32,562 nt of DNA, from the NCBI GenBank assembly GCA_019057635.1, contig DXJL01000172.1, forward strand, positions 1 to 32,562, read 5' to 3'. The number at the start of each line of letters is the position of its first letter. Within the stretch, counting starts at the first letter, position 1. The notes below the pieces were generated by a model. It was given only the letters and a program-made list of their open reading frames with translations, was not told the origin of the DNA and ran no database searches. This document shows positions 27,286 through 32,562 of this stretch, one piece after another. The DNA is from Candidatus Heimdallarchaeota archaeon (GTDB lineage: Archaea; Asgardarchaeota; Heimdallarchaeia; Hodarchaeales; Hodarchaeaceae). Position numbers and translations under genes: made by a program.

Positions 27286-27515
27286 TGAATTAAATTTATC
27301 GAAATGAAAACAGTCATCTCGAGAATTGTTTGATCATATTTGCCTCACCTAGTTGAAAGATCTCCTATTAAATGTTTCGTTCCACTTTAACGATCAATCT
27401 CTACACAAATAATAGACAAGTATCAAGAATGTGATTCTGTAAATCGGGAAGTTACTTATTTAATGACAGGATAAAAGGGTAAACTACGAGTAATCACATA
27501 CTAGAGTGAAGAACG

Positions 27516-27680
27516 ATGACAAATCAGAATCAAACGATAGCAAAATGTGTCTGCTGCGAAACATCTGAAGACGAAATACCATTGATCTCAATTTCTTACA
27601 AACAGAAAAATACTTGGACCTGCTTTAGCTGCCTCCCCCAATTATTACATGGTAAGAAAGATATCAATGATTATATTTGA
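27516..27680 (+). CDS. Small zinc-finger protein, 54 aa (absent from the ORF track)
   Basis: MTNQNQTIAKCVCCETSEDEIPLISISYKQKNTWTCFSCLPQLLHGKKDINDYI*. Two CxxC pairs; the stop abuts the next ATG. Confidence 0.75.
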   Translation: MTNQNQTIAKCVCCETSEDEIPLISISYKQKNTWTCFSCLPQLLHGKKDINDYI

Positions 27681-28385
27681 ATGTCAATGAAGGATCTAAA
27701 TAATTTTTCAGGGTTTCCCAAGGAAACATTGGATTTCTTAACTAAGTTAAAACTAAATAACAACCGAGAATGGTTTAATAACCATAAGCAGGAATATCAA
27801 GAGTATATCATTAACCCTGCAAAATCATTTGTTGTTACGTTGGGTGAAAGTTTACAAGAAAACATATCCACGGAAATCAGATATGATTTACGGCTAAACG
27901 GCTCTGGTTCCATAATGCGAATCCATCGAGATATTCGATTTAAAAAAGATAAAACTCCCTATAACACAAGGCTTCGTACAGTCTTTTGGGAAGGAACAGG
28001 GAAGAAGATAAACCATCCTGGTTTTTTCATAGGATTCGATGCTTCAGGTGGATGGGTTTATGGCGGATTACACCGTTTTGATAAATTATCTCTTGACAAA
28101 TACCGAGAAATAGTAGTTTCAAAACAAGGTGAGGAGATAGAAACAGTTATCGAGTCTCTCAATGGGTTAAACTATAATATTGGAGGAATACATTATAAAC
28201 GAACACCACTAGGATTTGATAATTCTCACCCAAGAGCTAAATATCTCCTTTTTAATGGACTTTATGCTATTTCTCCATCTATTGAGCCTACTATTTTTAC
28301 AAATTCTAAGATTGTTGATGTCTGCTTAAATCATTGCTTAAATATGGCTTCCCTACATAATTTACTCGTGAAAATCCTTGATTAA
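27681..28385 (+). CDS. DUF2461 family protein
   Basis: FL..L..NNNREWF, RIHRDIRFKKDKTPY, KR.P.GF...HP....L. Confidence 0.88.
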   Translation: MSMKDLNNFSGFPKETLDFLTKLKLNNNREWFNNHKQEYQEYIINPAKSFVVTLGESLQENISTEIRYDLRLNGSGSIMRIHRDIRFKKDKTPYNTRLRTVFWEGTGKKINHPGFFIGFDASGGWVYGGLHRFDKLSLDKYREIVVSKQGEEIETVIESLNGLNYNIGGIHYKRTPLGFDNSHPRAKYLLFNGLYAISPSIEPTIFTNSKIVDVCLNHCLNMASLHNLLVKILD

Positions 28386-28456
28386 AATAGTATTGAGATT
28401 TTTACCACGATATATAGTTTTAAAATACAAACAGGGATAGATGAAGATGACGGAAA

Positions 28457-28729
28457 TTGACTTTTAAAAAACCAACAGAACCAATATGTCAAAGCTGCGC
28501 TATTTCCCTTGAAAATCCTGATGATAAAGGTACTCAAGCAGATGGAACGTTATGTAACGATTATTGCTGTGATTGTTTCGAAACTGGGATATTTACTGAA
28601 CCTGAAATTAGTATTAAGGAAATGATTGAGCAAACGGTTGCTTCTACATCAAAATCTCGAAATATGCCTATGGAAGAAGCGAAAAATTATCTCGAATTCC
28701 TCCTCCCGACTCTCAAACGATGGCGTTGA
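28457..28729 (+). CDS. Putative zinc ribbon domain protein
   Basis: CQSC..L....GT.ADG....YC..CF..G.F...LP.LKRW. Confidence 0.85.
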   Translation: MTFKKPTEPICQSCAISLENPDDKGTQADGTLCNDYCCDCFETGIFTEPEISIKEMIEQTVASTSKSRNMPMEEAKNYLEFLLPTLKRWR

Positions 28730-28765
28730 GATCATAATTCAGGGGAGCAACTCTTTTTTTTCATC

Positions 28766-31700
28766 TCAAAATATGATAGGATAGACAATTCTTAGTTTGA
28801 AGCATTTTTCTAACAGCGTGTAGGCTAATGCCAAGGACGCTCCATGACGAGTAATGGAGGAGGTAAATGTCGTTATGTAAAATGAAATTCGACCATCGCT
28901 AAGTGGTGGTATATCAGCAAGATAGTTAATGAATTTTCTTTCATCTTCACTGAAATCCTTCTCATGCTCTTTGAAACGCTGACAATCAATAGTCAAGTTA
29001 CTAAGTAAACCCACCTTCAAGTACTTATAAACTAATCCTTGAATAAGTTCAGGATGATCACCAAACACGGGATCCTCAAGTTGTTCTTGAGTGAAACGAG
29101 ATTCAAGTTCATTGTGAAGTATGGTCATCCTTTCTCTCATGTATGAGCTTAGTTTTCCTTCAGAAACCAAACTAATTGTAGAATATTCACCATGATGAGA
29201 TAGTATACTAAAACCTTCACGTTCTATTAGACCGAATTCTCCTTTTTTCATCGGTCTTTGTGATACTTCAGATACAAGACTAGATACAGCCGAAGCAAGA
29301 CCCGCAGTTAAATCCAAATCTTGACTTTCTTCTAAGAAAGTTGTGGTATAAAAAGGAAGTCCATGGTTATTTCGACAAATTATTGAACGTATACTTAAAA
29401 TATCAGAAAAACGCTTTGCAATTGCCCTTTCTATTTGCTTTTGCTGTTGAATTTTTCGAGATCGTCTTCTTCTCAAGCTAGCAATAGTGAAAGCGATAAC
29501 TAAAGGAATTATTGCTACAGCGATGATTACAGGCAGAAGATCCGCCCAATTCACTGACTCGGTGGGTAGAGACACAAAAAATGGTTGAAGAGATGATTCT
29601 GTCGCAATGAATGAATTTAAATTATCTTTTGCAATGATAGTCCAACTTAACGCCCCCGCCTTCGAGAATGTAAGTGTGGAAATATATAAAGTACCATTGA
29701 ACTCCATTGGTACTGTTTCAACCTGTACACGAGCAGCTTGTCCTCCTTGGAGTATAAACTCATATTCCAGAATAACTTCTCCTACTCCTGACCCCCAATC
29801 TGAGATACTTGCCCAGACCATTATCGTATTATCTGTCTTTTGTACAATGTTAGCATCAATGATTACTGGACCCCAATATGATCTCAAACTTGTATTGCCA
29901 ACCTGAATAATATTTGGTTCACCATCGTAAATTTGGATAGAATAATTGAAAGTGCGATTACAATGTAAATGGATTGAATAAGAATAGTCAGGACCATTAC
30001 CAATCATTCCTCCCGTTGTTGATATCCAAGAAGTGCCATTGAAGTAATTAATAGAGATATCAACTCCAACAATTGGGCCAAAGGGATCTATTGCGTCAAC
30101 CCAGAAATCAAGACGAGTGAAAGAATGGTTAATTAAGGTCTCACTGTAACCAAAATCATTACAGATTGGAGGAGTTTCGTCTGGAATTATTTCCATTGTC
30201 CAGAGAGTGGTTGCAGTATTATTAGTATTATCATAAGCACTTATCCGATAATTAAAAGCATTTCCAGGTATAAAACCTGAAACAGTATAGGTATATATGT
30301 TTTCTGATCCATTCCAAGACAATGTCTCATTAAAAATTGAAATAAAAACATATTCAAGAGTTATAGAGGAATGATCTACAGGAAGGCCACTTCCAGTTGC
30401 ATATTCCACTACTTCCGCCCAAAAAGTTACAGTGCCATTTTGAAATTGATCAATTCCAGTTTTCAGTATCTTGGGAGCAGCAGAATCACCTATGGTGATG
30501 GTACGGTTTTTTGTTCCTAAATTCCCTTCATTGTCTGTTGTCCATATTTCGATAGTAATTTCTTCCCCAAAATTAAACGTTTGATCAAATGTATGGAAAT
30601 AGAATGAATCATAATTCATTTCATATTGAGTAGTAATCCCTTGTCGTGTGAAATTAATGTAGAACGTATTGTTAATGTCACGAGTGTCACCATATAGATC
30701 AGTTGCCCAAGTAGTAATTGAAAGCCTCCCATCAATAACTGTGGAATTTTCTATGACGAAAAAGACATCAGGAGCTATTAGATCGATTAATTCGATTTTT
30801 TGATATTGATCTGGAGTAGGTTCAAATAAATTAAAGGCAGAATCAAGAGCAGTTGTATAATACCAGACATCTTGAAGTCTAAAATCAAAATCATGCACCT
30901 CATAAAGGTAAAAATTCTCATTAATGCTTGTCATTGAAACATTGGACCATGTACCGAAATAATTCTGAGTGTAATAGAGGGTAACCGATGTTGCATTATC
31001 TGGCCAATCAGTTGCTGTTGTGTTAAATTCGACTGTCCCATTTCCAAACTCTACTGCACCGAATGTAACTTGGGGAAAAGCATTATCATTAATCAAAAAT
31101 GGACCATGTTGAAAACCTGGTTCTTGGTTACTGGCTAAATCAACCGCTTTAATCCAATAATACACTGTGTCATTATAGTAAAAAGTATACTCAAAATAGA
31201 ATCGAATGTTTTCTATAGCAACCATCGGTGAGGTATAATTCATCCCATTTATTGAAAGGATAATCTCAACTTCACTAGCATTCAAACCGCTTTGATATTG
31301 ATCATTCCAATCTTCTACATAAGCGAAGATTTCCACATAACCATTTTCATGAGAATTGAAACTGTCACTCACACCCCAAATAAGAGGAGCTACTTCATCT
31401 TTAGGAGAAATTAATCTGTATGGTGGGTTTAATGGAGCAATCTTTGACCCATTTTCGTTTCCTACACTGTCTGATACCGAATATATTGTATAATTCAGCA
31501 CTATATTATAATAGGCCTGTGTACGATAAACCCAATAACCAAAGTCATTTAAATGCATATCAACGAAGCTATCATTAATTTGTAATATTACAGGATCTGC
31601 AACAAAGCTCAGATCATCAGTTATATTTGCATAAAATTCAAGTGTTCCGTTTTTGAAATCAGTGACATTATATTCGTGGATAAGTGGAGCTTGTGCATCA

Positions 31701-32562
31701 CCTAAAGTAAAAGATTGAATAGGAGTAACTTTAATATTGTTAGCCATATCTATCGCTATGATATTGTATAACACTTTAACTTGGTTGTGACTAAGGGGAT
31801 CCAAGGCAGTATCATTAAAATAAGTATGACCTACAAGTGGAACCATTGTAAAATTTTCAGGCGGGATTTCTACTGCTTGATTACTTATGTTGATTGCAGT
31901 TATATTTAGATAAACGCTAGTTATGGTACTATCATCAATTACATCAGCATAGAATGTTCCCCCACTTAAATCTTTATCAAATATGATATTTTCAACAATG
32001 GGAGAAAAATTATCAATATATTCAGCGATCTGAACTGTAAATATCAATTCAGGTTCTATATAGTATGTCCGTTCTCCTGCAATTTCCTGAAACACAAAAG
32101 TATCATTTAAAGTGTCCTCAAATTCCACAGTTATGTTGTAATATCCAAAAGGAATATTCATGAAACTTGTAGACCCAGAAGCAGAAGTATTCTGACTCCA
32201 AAAGAATGAGGCATTTCGTGAACTAATTAAGTTAACTCGTGCATTTGGAACACTCATATTGTCTAAATCGGAAACATTAACTGTAATGGAAGCATTTCCA
32301 AGAATATCATCATAAAGAATCCAGTGAAGAGTTCTATTCCACCTTTCCCATGCATCTTGAGTTAAGAGAGACCCTTCAGAAGGTCCCCAGAATGCACGTC
32401 TCTCTGGTGCTTCGGACAGATCCCATGCTCGCTTATTTTTTTCGAGAGTCAGAAGGGTTTTATCTGAATTTTTACCGGGTCGTTGAGCTAGATCTACAAT
32501 TTCTATTTCCTTTGGGATGGCAGTCCATATAACATAAGATACCTTATCATTCCCACCTTCAT
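28766..32562 (-). CDS. Very large single-pass surface protein (Ig-like repeats, TM, cytoplasmic longin-like domain); 5' end outside the window
   Basis: The frame stays open from 32257 to the window end (checked codon by codon). About 100-aa repeats starting D..AP.I...NGT.EF.A...D; TM LLPVIIAVAIIPLVIAFTIASL-RRRR; then IRSIICRNNHGLPFY...LTAGLASAVSSLVSEV. Confidence 0.85.
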   Translation of the reverse strand, partial: EGGNDKVSYVIWTAIPKEIEIVDLAQRPGKNSDKTLLTLEKNKRAWDLSEAPERRAFWGPSEGSLLTQDAWERWNRTLHWILYDDILGNASITVNVSDLDNMSVPNARVNLISSRNASFFWSQNTSASGSTSFMNIPFGYYNITVEFEDTLNDTFVFQEIAGERTYYIEPELIFTVQIAEYIDNFSPIVENIIFDKDLSGGTFYADVIDDSTITSVYLNITAINISNQAVEIPPENFTMVPLVGHTYFNDTALDPLSHNQVKVLYNIIAIDMANNIKVTPIQSFTLGDAQAPLIHEYNVTDFKNGTLEFYANITDDLSFVADPVILQINDSFVDMHLNDFGYWVYRTQAYYNIVLNYTIYSVSDSVGNENGSKIAPLNPPYRLISPKDEVAPLIWGVSDSFNSHENGYVEIFAYVEDWNDQYQSGLNASEVEIILSINGMNYTSPMVAIENIRFYFEYTFYYNDTVYYWIKAVDLASNQEPGFQHGPFLINDNAFPQVTFGAVEFGNGTVEFNTTATDWPDNATSVTLYYTQNYFGTWSNVSMTSINENFYLYEVHDFDFRLQDVWYYTTALDSAFNLFEPTPDQYQKIELIDLIAPDVFFVIENSTVIDGRLSITTWATDLYGDTRDINNTFYINFTRQGITTQYEMNYDSFYFHTFDQTFNFGEEITIEIWTTDNEGNLGTKNRTITIGDSAAPKILKTGIDQFQNGTVTFWAEVVEYATGSGLPVDHSSITLEYVFISIFNETLSWNGSENIYTYTVSGFIPGNAFNYRISAYDNTNNTATTLWTMEIIPDETPPICNDFGYSETLINHSFTRLDFWVDAIDPFGPIVGVDISINYFNGTSWISTTGGMIGNGPDYSYSIHLHCNRTFNYSIQIYDGEPNIIQVGNTSLRSYWGPVIIDANIVQKTDNTIMVWASISDWGSGVGEVILEYEFILQGGQAARVQVETVPMEFNGTLYISTLTFSKAGALSWTIIAKDNLNSFIATESSLQPFFVSLPTESVNWADLLPVIIAVAIIPLVIAFTIASLRRRRSRKIQQQKQIERAIAKRFSDILSIRSIICRNNHGLPFYTTTFLEESQDLDLTAGLASAVSSLVSEVSQRPMKKGEFGLIEREGFSILSHHGEYSTISLVSEGKLSSYMRERMTILHNELESRFTQEQLEDPVFGDHPELIQGLVYKYLKVGLLSNLTIDCQRFKEHEKDFSEDERKFINYLADIPPLSDGRISFYITTFTSSITRHGASLALAYTLLEKCFKLRIVYPIIF

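Noticed and set aside
1849-32532. Other short ORFs nested in or antisense to longer genes (e.g. 1849, 2691, 5431, 7973, 12345, 13625, 22008, 25978, 29607, 32350)
   Set aside because: They overlap well-supported genes and show no motifs; treated as shadow ORFs.
1-32562. tRNA, rRNA or CRISPR arrays
   Set aside because: None recognised by eye; a covariance-model scan would be needed to exclude them fully.

Overview
An AT-rich archaeal chromosomal segment, most likely from an Asgard archaeon of the Heimdallarchaeia/Hodarchaeales type. This is inferred from an HMf-type histone, longin-like domains, eukaryote-like ubiquitin enzymes and CTERM-anchored surface proteins. The centrepiece (about 5.0-10.9 kb) is a complete ubiquitin-like conjugation cluster. 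It encodes two paralogous Ubl modifiers with acidic N-terminal extensions ending in STAG(WN) rather than GG, a Uba2/Uba3-like E1, an E2 and an Rpn11/CSN5-like JAMM protease. It also encodes a polytopic membrane RING E3 and a RING-less paralogue of that E3's membrane domain. A divergent tandem-RHH regulator sits upstream, with 9-bp repeats in the shared promoter region. Also present are a membrane-anchored HEPN-motif protein, a tnpB-only element inserted in a lactate permease, three decayed tnpB/omegaRNA remnants from two families, an F420/NADP oxidoreductase pseudogene, an M6 protease, and a giant receptor-like surface protein with a cytoplasmic longin-like domain. All calls come from reading motifs by eye; no database searches were run.
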